Source of the DNA: Amphiscolops sp. MND2022
Lineage: Eukaryota
Length of the DNA: 64,000 nucleotides
Assembly: GCA_964187785.1 (NCBI GenBank)
Contig: OZ076409.1
Location: 89,344,001 to 89,408,000 of the forward strand
Direction: 5' to 3'
Positions 44,319-57,161 of the stretch are shown here, in pieces. The position numbers and the translations under genes are program-made. Below the pieces are notes generated by a model. The model did not search any database. It was not told where the DNA came from and was given only the letters and a program-made list of their open reading frames with translations. The number at the start of each line of letters is the position of its first letter. Position 1 is the stretch's first letter.

Positions 44319-44702
44319 TTTACAAAAATTTGAATTGTAAAAAAACTGATTGAGTGACAGAGATCACAATAAAAACAAATATGAACTTATAATTGGATCG
44401 ATGCAAAAATTTTAAGCCACCGTAGCAGCTAAGTAACCGCCCAAATTCAAAATTCTCTCGGAGCATACACGGAGTTTCGAAATGAACTTCGAAAAATTCC
44501 AACTCTTGCCTTTTTAAAACCCACACAGTATGAAAATTATGTTCATTTTTTCTTGCAAAAAGTGAATCAAGAAATACTTAAAGTTAATCATTTAATAGTT
44601 TGCAGAAAAAGCTTTCCAGCGAAATAGCAATTTGGAAATTAGCGGTTTAACGATTACCGAAAAAATAAGCGATGTAAAAAGCCTGGTTGTTTGGGGTCTT
44701 AC

Positions 44703-44867
44703 TTTGCGTCATAGGCTATATAGTTCCTCATGATCTCCTCGCGGATGTGCGGGAACCTGGCACTGTAATGTGAAGACTGGGGCTGTCCGTCCTCGCCTGT
44801 GTACAAGTCTTTCACCTTCGCCTTCTGAACTATTTGTCCTAACTCTTCGAACGAATGCTTGGCTTCT
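44703..44867 (-). CDS. Uncharacterised 406-aa host protein, exon 4
   Basis: Acceptor TTTCCTTCCAG| phase 2, EAKHSFEELGQIVQKAKVKDLYTGEDGQ...IAYDA, donor AA|GTAAGA. Confidence 0.78.
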
Positions 44868-45270
44868 CTGGAAGGAAACCAAAAACGCTCATTTCATCTG
44901 CAGATATCATAGTAAAAACCTCAGTGTCATGAACAATTTTGACTTTCAACGTTGACTATTAGTCATAAAGACATAAAGATCGTGAAAAATGAAACGCGAC
45001 TTAGCTTGAAACAGAATTCATGTAGGAATAACACCTCTTTTGAGTAATTTTGTATTCTTTCATAGAAATTTATAGAAACAAAGCTAGATGTTTCCATCAA
45101 AACATGTTTTATATCACAAGTTTTTGCGTGTTATAAGAATCATTCCAACCACTGGTTAATTTTAGAAACACTGTGTCACAAAAGTAGCCACACTTGGCGG
45201 ACAATATCCAGTCAATATCCACAGTTGATTAATGATTCGAATGTATATAGTAAGTGTAAGTGAGGATAAC

Positions 45271-45483
45271 CGAGGTCTATATTTGGCGTAATTGAAGTTT
45301 CCAGTGGGGAGTCTCTCTGCAGGCACCGGGTGCAAGCCAATGCGATTCATCTCGTAGATCTCAGACTTGGGCATCCTCTTGTACGTGCTGAACTTGTCAT
45401 TCATCTCGGACTTGCTGTAGTTTAATGCCAACATGTGTCTGTTGTCCTTCTCAACGTTGCCACTGAGTTTGGAGATGTCTGGT
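45271..45483 (-). CDS. Uncharacterised 406-aa host protein, exon 3
   Basis: Acceptor TTTTTTCACAG| phase 2, PDISKLSGNVEKD...NYAKYRP, donor CG|GTTATC. Confidence 0.78.
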
Positions 45484-45557
45484 CTGTGAAAAAAGTGAAC
45501 TTCTTTAGAACTCAATTATTAACAGGAAGCAGCGTATCATCAAAGCCTCATAGCAAA

Positions 45558-46036
45558 ACAAGCCGGGAATGGCCCAAGTCGGCGCCATATCTAAGGCTCA
45601 AGAATAGCAAAAGGAATTCAAAATGTCAAAGTATTGGTGAATTGGGGACCCTTTTATGAAAAAAAGTGAAAAATATTCTCACAATGCCGAAAAAAGCTGA
45701 AAGGGGGATCCTTTGGGATTTTTCAACATCCATTCTGTCGGAAAATATCAAAAAATTGAAGGGGGGACCCTTTGGTGAAAAATTTTTTCGAAAAAAAGTC
45801 TCATAGTGCCGAAAATACTCTAAGCGAGTACCCTTTGGCCCCGTTTAGTTTCTTAGATGATGTAAAAATACTTCGCAAGCTTTTGAAAAAGTAAAAGTAC
45901 TTCACAAGCAAAAATCCATGACTCATGAAAATTATAAGAAAAGTGGACCATTCATGGTGAGATTGTAGGCTAAAAAACTACCCATTGTAATAGTCAGGCT
46001 TTTTTCCTCAAGGGAAAAGGCGCCGATTAAAAAAAA
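45558..46036. mobile_element. Helentron/DINE-like repeat, complete copy
   Basis: Both family termini present, flanked by A runs, no TSD. Confidence 0.78.
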
Positions 46037-47099
46037 CTTTGAGATCTACCACTGAATTAACAACCTTCAATGCCAAACAGGCTTTTTAGATATGATGGGT
46101 ACAAGTTCCTTTCCGCTGCTACACAACTTGTGAACATTTGGCTGTTCCCTCAGAAGTTCAAAAACATTTTTTCAAAAAATTTCAATAGAATAAAACCTGA
46201 TCCACTGTCAAGTTACAATGTACATTTGAGTTTCAATGCTCATATGCTTATTTTCAACAGCCTACGCTAGACCGGTTGCTATCCTAACGAGACGCCCGCG
46301 GAGCAATGGGATGTTTTCTATCCCGCAATATTCCAATGGTGACAGAGTTTAAGACATGAGCGCAGCCAATGAACTACGAAAACTCAAACAATTCTATAAA
46401 ATTGAAACTCTGACGCTCACTTCACAATTCATCCTATCCCTTCCTGAAAAAAACACTGTTTCTCAGAACAAAAGTATGCGAAGTAGCTAATTCGTTTGTT
46501 GTTGAACTCTCGGTCAGATGCTGAGACGAAGAAGAAACAAATTTCATTCATTTTTTCTGCGGGGTCGGAGAATACGAAAAAAATCGATACTATCATCACC
46601 AAAAGAAGTCAGGAAAAAAGAAGTCAGTACCCTTCTAGATACTATCTACTCATTGCAACCTAGAGATATAAAGTTGCACCCACGTGGTCAACTGATAGCA
46701 GGTTTGAAGCATTGATTTTGAAGTGACTTCCTCTAAGTAACAAAGGTGTGACTGCTCGTCGTTGCTCTTTCCATTTCCGTTTCAAAATTTTTTCCAAAAA
46801 CTTTTTTGAGAGACGTTATGCTTAGATTTTTCCACGGTAAAATCAAAAAACGGTCGAGAATTGCCCAATTTTTCAATTTTTGCTTTTTCGGGGCATTGTG
46901 TAGAAAGAAAGAATATATTTATTCATTTGTATGCCATAACATAAGTAATAAATTATACAAACAAAAGGGACGAAGAATGCGCTGATCAGCTCTTCTAATG
47001 TCTTCGCCCAGAGAACCAACAATGACATCTTAAAGCTAGCCCGTATATCACTTCTTTTCAATACTTGTAGTCAATTCATAAAAGATACGTTCAGTACTA

Positions 47100-48870
47100 G
47101 TTTTGTTATATGACGTAAAACAATTCGAAGAGTTTTTTATTGTTTGGTATAAATACTCCCATAATTTGACGAAGATGGGACTTCACTTGTGCGTTTGTTA
47201 TTGAGACAACCTTTTGAGGCATCAGACCACATGCCTTCAACCAGTTATACCTTTTGATGACAGCATTTTTGAGAGGACGCCTTTTCAGTTGTGTTCTATC
47301 GATTGTTAATGGTAGTAAACTTTTTGACTCTCTACGTTTATTGAATTCATAAGGAACAAAATGATCCTTTAATGATCAAATGGGGAATTTCCTCTCAATT
47401 GTTTGAAAAGTTCAACAACTATTTCCGATATATACATTTCGTAAACTGTTAGGATTTTTTTATCCGCAATAATATTTTAGAGAGATTCGGATTTTTTTGA
47501 AAAACACTCTTCGAATAATTTTCCTTTGTGCATTTTCGATAGATTGAAGATTCGTTTTGGCTATACTGCAATATTTCAAAAAACCATATGTAATAGGGGG
47601 TTTTGCAAATGATTCCTCAAAGAGAAGTAAACAATCAAAGGGGTAAAGGTGTTCTATTCTATATACCAGCCCGCAGAATTCGTTCAGTTTTTTCAACACA
47701 TGATCAGCATGATCCTTGAAGTTCAGTGTATTGTTCATTATTTCACCTAAAAACTTGCACGAACTTTTGCATAGGATTTTTTCACCAAATGTTTCTTCAC
47801 TTACCGGTTGCGCTCTACCGAAACTAATGGATTTGGATTTTTCGGCATTGAGTGTTAATTTAATCACGTCAAACCAATTTCGCGTTTTTTGTACATCTTC
47901 AGTGGTTTCTTTTGGTGACTTACAACCCATAATATAAATCGTTGTGTCATCAATAAATCCCGATGTTTTGATTTTCTTGCAAACAAGGAGAAGACCATTT
48001 ATGTAAATTAAGAATAAGAATGGCCTCAAGACTGATCCTTGAGGTACGCTTGTCTTTAGTTCTTTGGTCGAGGCGCGAATTCTATTATGTTCAACGTATT
48101 GTTGTCTATTTTCAAGATAATTGGATAAAAGACATAATATTTTACCCCCAAAACCATACTTCTCTAGTTTTTGCAGGAAGATTTTGTGATCTAGTGTATC
48201 GAATGCTTTTTTCAAGTCAATAAAGCATGCATTTCCTGCGTTACTTTTGTCTATCTCATTTCGAATGTAATCTGAAACTTCACCGATAGCAAGAGTACAA
48301 CTACGTTTATTTCTGGAACCATATTGATTGGGTGTAAAAGATTCGTTTTTCTTGAAAACTTCGTCATTCGCTTACATATTACCTTTTCGAAAACTTTACT
48401 GAGTGAACTTAACAAAGTGATTGGTCTGTAATTCTCAGCATTACTTCTGTCTCCTTTTTCAAACAGCGGAATTACTCTGGCTGTTTTGAGAGGTTCTAGA
48501 AAGATACTCTGTTCCAAGCATTTGTTGAAACCATCTGCAACATAGCGTTCTATGATTGGGGAACATCATTGAAGAATTTCATTCGAGATTCCATCATATC
48601 CAGTGCTTTTCCTGTTTTTTAAATTACGAATTATTTTGGTTATTTCTTCAGTGGTGGTATTGTTTAACACCATGGTTTTCGTTATTCTAGGTATCGTCGA
48701 TACGTAAACTAGATTCGGGAGTTTTAAGGATGAGGCTGGGCCTATTTGCGTGAAATATTCGTTCAACGCTTCGACTCCTGGCATTTTATTAGTCGGCTGA
48801 TTTGCACTTTTTTTACACTTCGACGTTTTATATATTCTGCTGGCTGATGGATTTTCACCTAAAAGCTTAT
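47100..48870 (-). mobile_element. 5'-truncated, degraded non-LTR retrotransposon (LINE, CR1/L2/Jockey-like RT)
   Basis: KSTGYDGIS, ENYRPITLLSSLSKVFEK, KKAFDTLDH, VPQGSVLRPFLFLIYIN, FIDDT; frameshifted. Confidence 0.9.
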
Positions 48871-49809
48871 AACTGTTAGAAATTGAAGTTCAATAAATGT
48901 TGTATTTTCCAAAAAAAGTAGTCTATACTGATAACTGCTTTTCTTCGATTCCTGTTTAAGTTTCATTCCTACATAAGCGTTCAGGAATTCAAAAGCGTCG
49001 AATTTGAGAAAAAAACTAGATCTAGTTGTGCAAAAAACTTCGAATTTCTCTTCTAAAAACCGTAGTGGAGTTTTTGTTTTTTTTGGATTATCTTAAAACG
49101 CTTTTCTTACACAAAACTCCCTAATTCTCCTCGGAGACACCGATAGTCGACTTCTTTGTAAGCTATAACCAATGAAAACACCAAGAACTGTAGACAAAAT
49201 TGCAAAACAAGGTCAAGTTGGGAAGGTAATTTTGGGGTCGCTTTAAATTTTCCTTTCCGAAAAGTTTAAATATCTGTACAAAAAAGTTTTGTGGATTTTC
49301 TATGTTTTGGTTGTAATTTTTGAACATGGCAACATCTGGAAAAGCACGGCGTTAGTAGTTGCCTAACCATTTTGCAAATATGGGTGGAAAATATTATTGC
49401 AGAGTTAATGAGAATGATCATAAATCAAATCAGATAATCAGATAAAAGGGCCCCATTTTTCAATCAATTTGGCGCTACATGCGCCGAAAAATATAAATAA
49501 TGCTCAAAGTCATGAAAATATTCAGAGAAAACTAAAACAAGACTTCCACTGGGAGTTCATTTATGAAAGTGATTGACCGCAATTTAGTCGAAAATGTTGG
49601 TGTGAGTATCGTTTCACATAGGAAATAGACAACTATCTAATTTTCAAAATTCTCTTGCTGTAAATTGTCCTCGCTGTGTTGTCTTGGTTTTTAAAATTGA
49701 CTTGACTACTATTTTCTTGTACACTACCTCTTGTATATGAAAATTTTGTTTGATTTTTATTTAACAAGGGGAATCTCTTTTTTATGTGTTTTTTCTGTTT
49801 ACTCGTTTA

Positions 49810-50157
49810 ATCTGTTTTTTCTTTTTAAGGAAAAATGCCCGACTATATCAGTGACCTTTTTTTTCTTCAGACCACAGACCTCACACTGATCGGTCCACTT
49901 TTTAGAAACATTCCTGAAACCACCTAGGGCCAAGTCCGGCCAAGGTAAACTTAGTGCAAAGATTCCACCTTTTCATTGTTTACTTTTTAAACGTAACCTA
50001 CAAAACCGGACGAGACTAAAGGGTCTCCCTTTTACATTTTTTGGCACTGTGACATTTTTCGAAAAAAAAATCAAAAATTTCAAGTTTTTTTCAAAAAAAT
50101 GTTTTGCGCATTTTGAGCCTTAGATATAGCACCGACTTTAGACGTTATCGTCTTGTT
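49810..50157. mobile_element. Helentron/DINE-like repeat, opposite orientation
   Basis: TTTTGAGCCTTAGATATAGCACCGACTTTAGACGTTATCGTCTTGT terminus. Confidence 0.7.
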
Positions 50158-50934
50158 CTTTTTTTGCATAAAACAATAAGTTGGCGCCGAGTGATAATGA
50201 ATGGTAAAGAATAGAGTTCCTCCAGCTTCCTGGCAATTTTTATTTTCCTCAGTGAGTAGATTTTCCTCAATTTTTTCTTGGTTTTAATTTGGTATTCCTT
50301 GGAAAAAAATCTAAAAAGGTTGGGCAATTACAGTGTTCTAAAATAACGCAACTCTATTGCATGAAATATCAAGTTCAAATGCTAATACTTTGAAAAGTGT
50401 CAGAAATGCAAAAACGTTTTGGCTACGAAATGTGTTCAGAACAAAATCTTCCTCAAGAGATTCGGGGAAAAATTTGACTGAAATTTCCAGAAAAAAGTTT
50501 CTTCAACTTGAAATTTCAGGTTAGGTGCAATTTTGATCAAATTTGGTTAAAATCTGCAATTTCTAACTTATGGACTTCTGATAGTAGAAATTTATAGCTA
50601 ACTTTTCAACTCATTTTTCAAAAAGATTTCAAGAAACTTTCCGATGTGATGACTTTTTGTATTGTTTGACCATTTTCAAGAAACTTTTCTATTTCAGCAG
50701 TTTTTTCGGGCGGTATTTTAGCCATAGTTATTTTCACAAAATATGTTCTGATCTAATAGTAGCCGAGGGTTGAAATGGTTTTTCGATAGATCATGGTACA
50801 AAAACGTAGTACTACGATCCCAGTAGGAGTACTACGGAAACCTCGTAGGTTTCAACTGTGAACATCGTTTTCTAAAGTACAGGATATAGTTCAGTGATAC
50901 AGCAGTGTAAAGTATGCAAGTGTATTCAACTAAC

Positions 50935-51063
50935 TGAGAGTTGGCAAAAAACAAGGCGTCTCTTTCTTTTGTTCGGTAATCGCTATCTGCATTTCGATAT
51001 TCTTTCATCCTGTCTTCGAACCTGAAGTGCAAAACTACTCTCAAAGGGTCTTTCAATGAGTCT
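50935..51063 (-). CDS. Uncharacterised 406-aa host protein, exon 2
   Basis: Acceptor ATTTACAG| phase 2, DSLKDPLRVVLHFRFEDRMKEYRNAD...FANS, donor CA|GTTAGT. Confidence 0.75.
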
Positions 51064-51709
51064 CTGTAAATTCTAACAACACAAAGATGTTTCGGTGTAA
51101 CATTTCAAGATGGCCAAGATGGGTAGGAAAGCTAAATGACTCCTTTGTCATTTTAAAATATTTTTCTCTGCTTTTTTAGTTGAGATTTATCAAAGTTGGA
51201 AGTTTCGGCTACAGTTTGAGTGGAAATACAAGGTAAAAGCAACACTTTTGTCATTCCTACCTGAAAAAGTTTTATTGTCAAGTTTTGAAATAATTGAATT
51301 ATCCATTGATCCTAAAAATCAGGCCTCAAGTGATGAATTTCACTTACAATAATTTTGTGAATGACTGCTCTGTAGACAGTCAAAATCAAATTTGACGAAG
51401 ATTTATGTCACACTGTTGATTGACAAAGCTTTGAATTCACATTGAGATTCATTTCTAGTCAGTCACGGCGTTTCTGTGAATCAGGAAATGAAGGAACTGC
51501 CTTTTATCTTTTGTGTAGGCTTCAAAAACAAGCGTAAAGAAAGATTGGATCTTTGATTTTTTAAATAGTCGCATTTTTAGCAAGTGCTCAATTTAGGACA
51601 TTCATATGAATTCGTGTGTTTGGGGTTCTCTAACAATTGTAAAATCAGTTGTTTCAGTACAACGATTTCAGCGAGGCTTTGAAAGGAATTACGTCGTATT
51701 ACAAGCACT

Positions 51710-52110
51710 TTTTAGTTGGCGCTATACAAAATGTACAGCCTAGTATAGGTGTTACCTCCGCCATGTTTGAGCTATAAGAGTATATTTGAGATATACCATA
51801 TAAAGAAAATACAAAGGGTCCCCTCTTTGACCTTTTTCCTACTCTACTCAATTTACAAAGCCGGATCAGACAAAAGGGACCTTTTTCTGTTTTTTTTTCG
51901 GAAGTCTGCAACTTTAAAAAAACTTTTTCTAATTTCACAGTAGAGTCCCTTCTAATTTTTTATATATTTTTTAGTGGGTTTTCAGTTAAATCAAAGCCGT
52001 TTTTGAGCTTGAAGGGTCGCTTTCAGAAATTTTCAGAACTCTGTGATTTTCAGTTAATTTTTTAAACCAGCCCCTCGGCATATTTAAAATACGCCTCTTT
52101 TTGAGCCTCA
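51710..52110. mobile_element. Diverged Helentron/DINE-like fragment
   Basis: TTTTAGTTGGCGC start, AAAGGGTCCC motifs, TTTTTGAGCCT end. Confidence 0.45.
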
Positions 52111-52638
52111 ACTCAAAATTTTACTTCAGAAGTTTTGTAAATTATTTTCAAAATATTCATCGTTGTAGGATATTATGATAAATGATCAATTATTTAAAGC
52201 TACATTTAAATGTGTGCATTCATTTCACTCCAAAATCATTTCACCCCACGTTCATTTCAGCCCACACTCTTTTTACCCCGCATTGAAATTATACAGAAGC
52301 GTCTAGCCTTAATTAACCAATTAACAACTAGTCTTCAATGCCTATTGTCTAACTTGTGAGGTTCTGACCATACGTGAGTAATAAAACGGAATACTTCAAT
52401 TTTTGGTGACGGTTCGCAGCATCCATAGTGGAAAATTTGATCACGCAACGAGAGCTCCTTTTTGAACGATTGACCGAAAAACTTAATCTGACGACCAAAT
52501 CTAATGGTTTTGGTCCTTAATCTGAGAAGCTGTTGATAATCAAAATGTGGGGTAAAATGGACGTGGGTTGAAATGAATTTGGGGTGAAATAATATTGAAC
52601 CACATTTGAAGACATTTGTATGTACATTGAAAACTAAC

Positions 52639-52829
52639 CTGTAGGCGGTCATTCTGAGAAAAGGGTCGGAGTAGAAGTCGTGAAGTACTGATTTGGGGTT
52701 TGCCGGCCTCTGCATCTGGTCTTTGACCCATTGGTCATCCTGTAGAGTGGGGTCAAGGGTCGTGCCAATGAGGCTGTACTTGGGGCGAGCCTCTGTGGGC
52801 TTGGCCACCATGTAATCTGGCTGCGTCAT
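52639..52829 (-). CDS. Uncharacterised 406-aa host protein, coding exon 1
   Basis: ATG at 52829, MTQPDYMVAKPTEARPKYSLIG...FLRMTAY, donor AG|GTTAGT phase 2. The seven exons total 1221 nt with all phases compatible. Confidence 0.78.
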
Positions 52830-53614
52830 TTCGAGGATTACTCAGAGAATTGTGCGGAATTTGATACTCTGGAAACTTTTTAATCACCAACTTCCTTTGA
52901 AAATAACAGAAAACTCCAAAATAGCTAAAGTTCCAAAGTTTCATTTTATTTTTTTTGGGCAAAACAGTGGACCAGTGATCAGTTTAACATTTGGTTGCAC
53001 GTTGAATTTGTATCTTGTTAGAAATATTCTCAGACACTGTATCAAATTGAACAGGATCAACGAAATTGGAAAAAAAGAGTGAAGGGTTTGTTCAAACTTG
53101 AAACTCACCTTTGAAATGAAAAAAGTTTGATCACAGATTGTAAACCATGTTTTCTGTCTCTAAGCAGTCCAGTGTTCAGACAATTTTATGGCTCTATGAA
53201 GAAGACAAAGCAGCTTGATGAAAAACAATGTTCAAACTGATTACAAAAATCTAACAATAAAAATCATGGTATTCAAACTGAACAATGCTTGAAAGATTGC
53301 ATTTGGACTATAGTTCAACCTCTCAGTTTCTTGGCTTCTTTCGAGTTTGGCTCCACACAAGTTTTCAGTGCGATGTAAAAGATGGCGCTTATCTCAAGTG
53401 CATTGGTTGGCTCAGTATTTGCTCAGTTGCTTGTTCTTCTTTACTGTCTGGTACGTATTTTGATTCAAAATACTACAATTCTGCTCGCTTCAACTGCTGC
53501 GTTTAAGTGCTTCAGCGTTTGAGCTTTATATTTATACGCAATAGAAAATAATTTGTATAATAATTTTATTTTCATCTTCTAACCAAGATTTTTAATTCAT
53601 TGCACAGTTTTACA

Positions 53615-53759
53615 ATGGCTGCTTATTCGTCCAAAACCGGAAATCCGGAAACGTTCGCTCAACAAATGAAACTGGGATTGTTCAGCAAAGAGTTTTCGGA
53701 TGTAAAGTTTGTTGTCGGAGACCAACGAAAAGTCATCCACGGCCATCGGATAATCATAG
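53615..53759 (+). CDS. BTB/POZ-domain protein, coding exon 1
   Basis: FSDVKFVVGDQRKVIHGHRIII, the BTB N-terminal motif. Confidence 0.82.
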
Positions 53760-54033
53760 GCGGGTTTCCTAAAAAAAATACGAAAAACAATAGCTGGTAA
53801 CCTTTGAACTATAGTGCCATTCTGTTAATATGATTGAATGACCTTTTCTGACCTTTAATAATGCGAACGTATCGTCCTAAATATTATCGATGAGTTATGC
53901 TGTTACTTTTTCAACAATTTTTCTCAGGAAAAATATATTCACTCACAATTCTTGCAAGAAAAAAATTTTTTTTTATTTAAATCAGTGAATATGCTGCAAT
54001 TAGTCTCTGGGAAACCCTCGGAAATCCTGACAG

Positions 54034-54225
54034 GTCTCCGTTGCCCGTTGCTCCAGAAGCTATTCCAAGAATCCTCTTCCAAGCCAGAGGTGCCAATTGT
54101 TCTCTCTGACGTCTCTCCGGATACATTCCAGCTCATGCTGGAGTTTATGTACACAAACAGCGTCCAGATGAACCACAACAGCTCCATGGATTTGCTGGGC
54201 ACATCTATAGAGTATGGATTGCAAG
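54034..54225 (+). CDS. BTB/POZ-domain protein, coding exon 2 (3' end uncertain)
   Basis: Acceptor CCTGACAG|; LRCPLLQKLF..IVLSDVSPDTFQLMLEFMYT..EYGLQ. Confidence 0.8.
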
Positions 54226-54301
54226 GCATGACGTCATAATCATATTTTGATTATCAACAGTCATAAATATTTCCGGACGTTCGTTTCCACATTGTGGAAA
54301 A

Positions 54302-54680
54302 ACAAGCCGGGAATGGCCCACGTCGGCGCCATATCCAAGGCTCAAAAATCCAAAAAAGTCTTACCCTAAAGGATTACTTTGGACGAAATGTTTGTGAAAT
54401 GTAGGGGAAAAATCGATAAGGTTATTCGAGAAATGAAAACGTTACATCCGAACTTTGAAAACGTTACATCCGAACTTTGAAAACGTTCCATCCGAACTTT
54501 GAAAACGTTACATCCGAACTTTGAAAACGTTACATCCGAACATTGAAAACGTTACATCCGAACTTTGAAAACGTTACATCCGAACTTTGAAAACGTTACA
54601 ACCGAGTACCCTTTGGTCCTGTTGAGTTTCTTAGATGATACGTAAAATACGTTGCAAGCTTTTATGCATGAAGAAATGCC
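54302..54680. mobile_element. Truncated Helentron/DINE-like repeat with internal minisatellite
   Basis: Family start at 54302; 54603-54660 matches the interior of the 45558 copy. Confidence 0.7.
54435..54600 (+). repeat. 22-bp tandem repeat, ~7.5 copies
   Basis: Unit GAAAACGTTACATCCGAACTTT. Confidence 0.95.
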
Positions 54681-54689
54681 AGATGAATA

Positions 54690-56008
54690 AGTTGCGACAT
54701 TTCTGGTCCAATTCGCCACGCAATTTTTCCACACCCTGACCAGCTAGAGACTTCCGGTTTAGACCGTTAGCACCGTCAGCACTTGAACTCGCTGTCCACC
54801 AAAATTCGCCCCTCTCGGACGTCTCCTCGAGAAACGGGAAACAACGAACCATAGCACTCCATTTCGTACCCTCGTCGCTCTGGTGGAGTATGGCTTTTCC
54901 TTCATCAGCAGCTGTCTTGCATAGCTCAAAAAGCTGAAAATAGCAAGGAATACCTGGTAAACACCCGTAGCCACGCGCTACGGTAACTACTACCTGCAAA
55001 ACACATACCCGCTGATGGGTTAACACATCACAACGTCACAAAACATTTACTGGTTTTTCTCTCCGAAAATGCCATAATCACACCTGAAAACGCGTTTTTT
55101 CCGGGTTGCCCTGGGTCCATTCTGTTCCAACTTCCAAGAGTACATGCAGTCGTTAAAATAAGGCAAAACTCTGGCTTCTCCCACAGAGTCGAAACTGTCT
55201 TGGTGCGGAACACCGGTGGGCCAGATTTTTGATAACCAAACAGGAATGCTTCCCAAAGACGATCCCACTGTGGTCGCCAAAAGATGATGTTCCATGTAAC
55301 GCAAGTGCTAAGCGATTGCATCGTGACATTGGAGTGGAGGAACTGGTACCATGGATATGGTCCGGGACAAGCCACCATGATATCAGCTCACTTTGTCCTC
55401 CTGAAGATAGCCGGTCCCGAGGAGGGGGAACCGTCTCTAGGGACGCTCTCTGGCTTGATAACAGTCTGTAACTGCTAAAATTCACAGGAATTGTGCTTTC
55501 TTCTCACAACCACTGCGTAAATAGCTCATAAAAAACAACAAGGTAGTTTAGAATTGAGTTTCACTAGTGGGAATCTGCGTAAAAGCACTTTGAATGAGTA
55601 GCCCACGAGCTAATAATTAATCAAACAAATAGGTCAATTACTACACTAAAGTCCAGTTTTGGCGACGTGGGGGGCTTCCGGGCGGCATGGCACCAGCGCT
55701 CGAGCTGGGCACAACCCCCGGGCACGGATACTGCAATTAAGCCGTCATGCTGTTTTCCGGATCAATCCTGCAAAACCGTGATTCAGCAGGCAAACACCGT
55801 GGATATAAGTATTTTTGCTGTATTTTTGACCAATTCGTGCTTGGACACGCGTCCTTTTTCGCTCTCTTTTCGCGTGGCATTCTCTTGCTGTCTCTCTATG
55901 ATTTCTGCTGACAGGTACTTTCCCAAAACCATGTTCAAGTGCCACGTCAGTTTTGAACAAATTTTTCAAAATTTGCCAAAATTTTGTTGATCACAGAATG
56001 ACGTTACA
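54690..56008 (-). mobile_element. Truncated gypsy element: LTR (55295-56008), PBS (55263-55279) and start of leader
   Basis: TGTAAC...GTTACA termini; diverged reverse complement of 56430-57780. Confidence 0.85.
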
Positions 56009-56429
56009 AAACATATAGCTACCTTACACACTTTTCAGTCAAGAAATTCGAGTTTTCTGAACAAAAATGCCTGAAATGGTCGAAAAAAGGCAAGAAGTGT
56101 TGAAAAGAGAGCCACGAACAAACATTGTTGCTGAAAAAATTCAGAACGGGCGTCTTGTGGTTTGTTCATAAATCATATTAATAAGTTGAAGCGTCCCAAA
56201 AAAAGAAATTCAACTATTTTCTTTTCAAATTTTGGTACTTGAGACAAAAACGCTGTCAATTGCAATGATTTTGCTAAGTAGAAAAGCTCTCCGATACGTA
56301 ATAGTTTCGACTGGTTGGTTCATCTTCTTGATATCAAAACCACTCTTTTGAATTGATGTTTTCAAACTAATTCGCTACTTTGCAAGGTAGTGGATTAAAA
56401 AGGTTTTAAATTCAGTGATTCAGACCTTG

Positions 56430-57161
56430 TGTAACGGCATCCTGTGATCAACGACGATTTTCGAAACTTTCGAGATTTGCTGAAAAATTCGTTCAAGGAT
56501 GACGTGGCACTCGAACATGGTTTTTTTTTCGAAGTACCTGCCCAGAGAAGCATAGAAAGCTGAACGAGCAGACCCCGCGGAGCGGAGAGAACCGCAAAAA
56601 GCGTAAGATGGACCTGTGAAACGGCCCGAGAGCCTAGCCTATGCGCTAAAACTTCGTAAAGACCCACGGTGATAAGATGAAAACATATTGTGCCAGACAA
56701 CCCATATGTTGAGATAATTGCCATTCCCGGACCCTGGGTTGTGATCAGCCCAAGAACCGCCGGTGCCATGCCACCTAGACTCAACCATTCGCCAAAGACT
56801 GGATTTAACTCTTTTATGGGGCCGTTTTAGTGATTTGTTTGATTAATTTGTTGTTCGAGAGCTTTTGATGCTATTTACGATTCTGGACAATTCAATTGAG
56901 TTCTATGCGACTAGCCCCAATTTTATAGGCTGTTCAGACGGGGGTTGTGAAGAGAAAAAGCATAATGCCTGTTGTTCTCAGCAGTTAAAGACTGGAACAG
57001 GTCAGAGAGCATCCCTTAGGACGGTTCCCCCTCTTCGGGACCGGCTACCCACAGGAGGACAAAGTGAGCTGGTGCTATGGTGGTTTGTCCCGGACCATAT
57101 CCATAGTGTCAATTCCTCCACTCCAATGTTTCGTTCTAAACGCTTAGCGCTTGCCGTTACA
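56430..57161 (+). repeat. 5' LTR of a second giant gypsy (732 bp)
   Basis: TGTAACGGCA...TGCCGTTACA; PBS TGGCGACCACAGAGGGA at 57177. Confidence 0.88.

Noticed and set aside
54435..54600. CRISPR array, or tandem LTR ends (unit contains ACGTTACATC like the LTR terminus)
   Set aside because: No unique spacers, eukaryotic context, no cas genes; the 10-nt LTR match is short and the array lies within a Helentron-like element.
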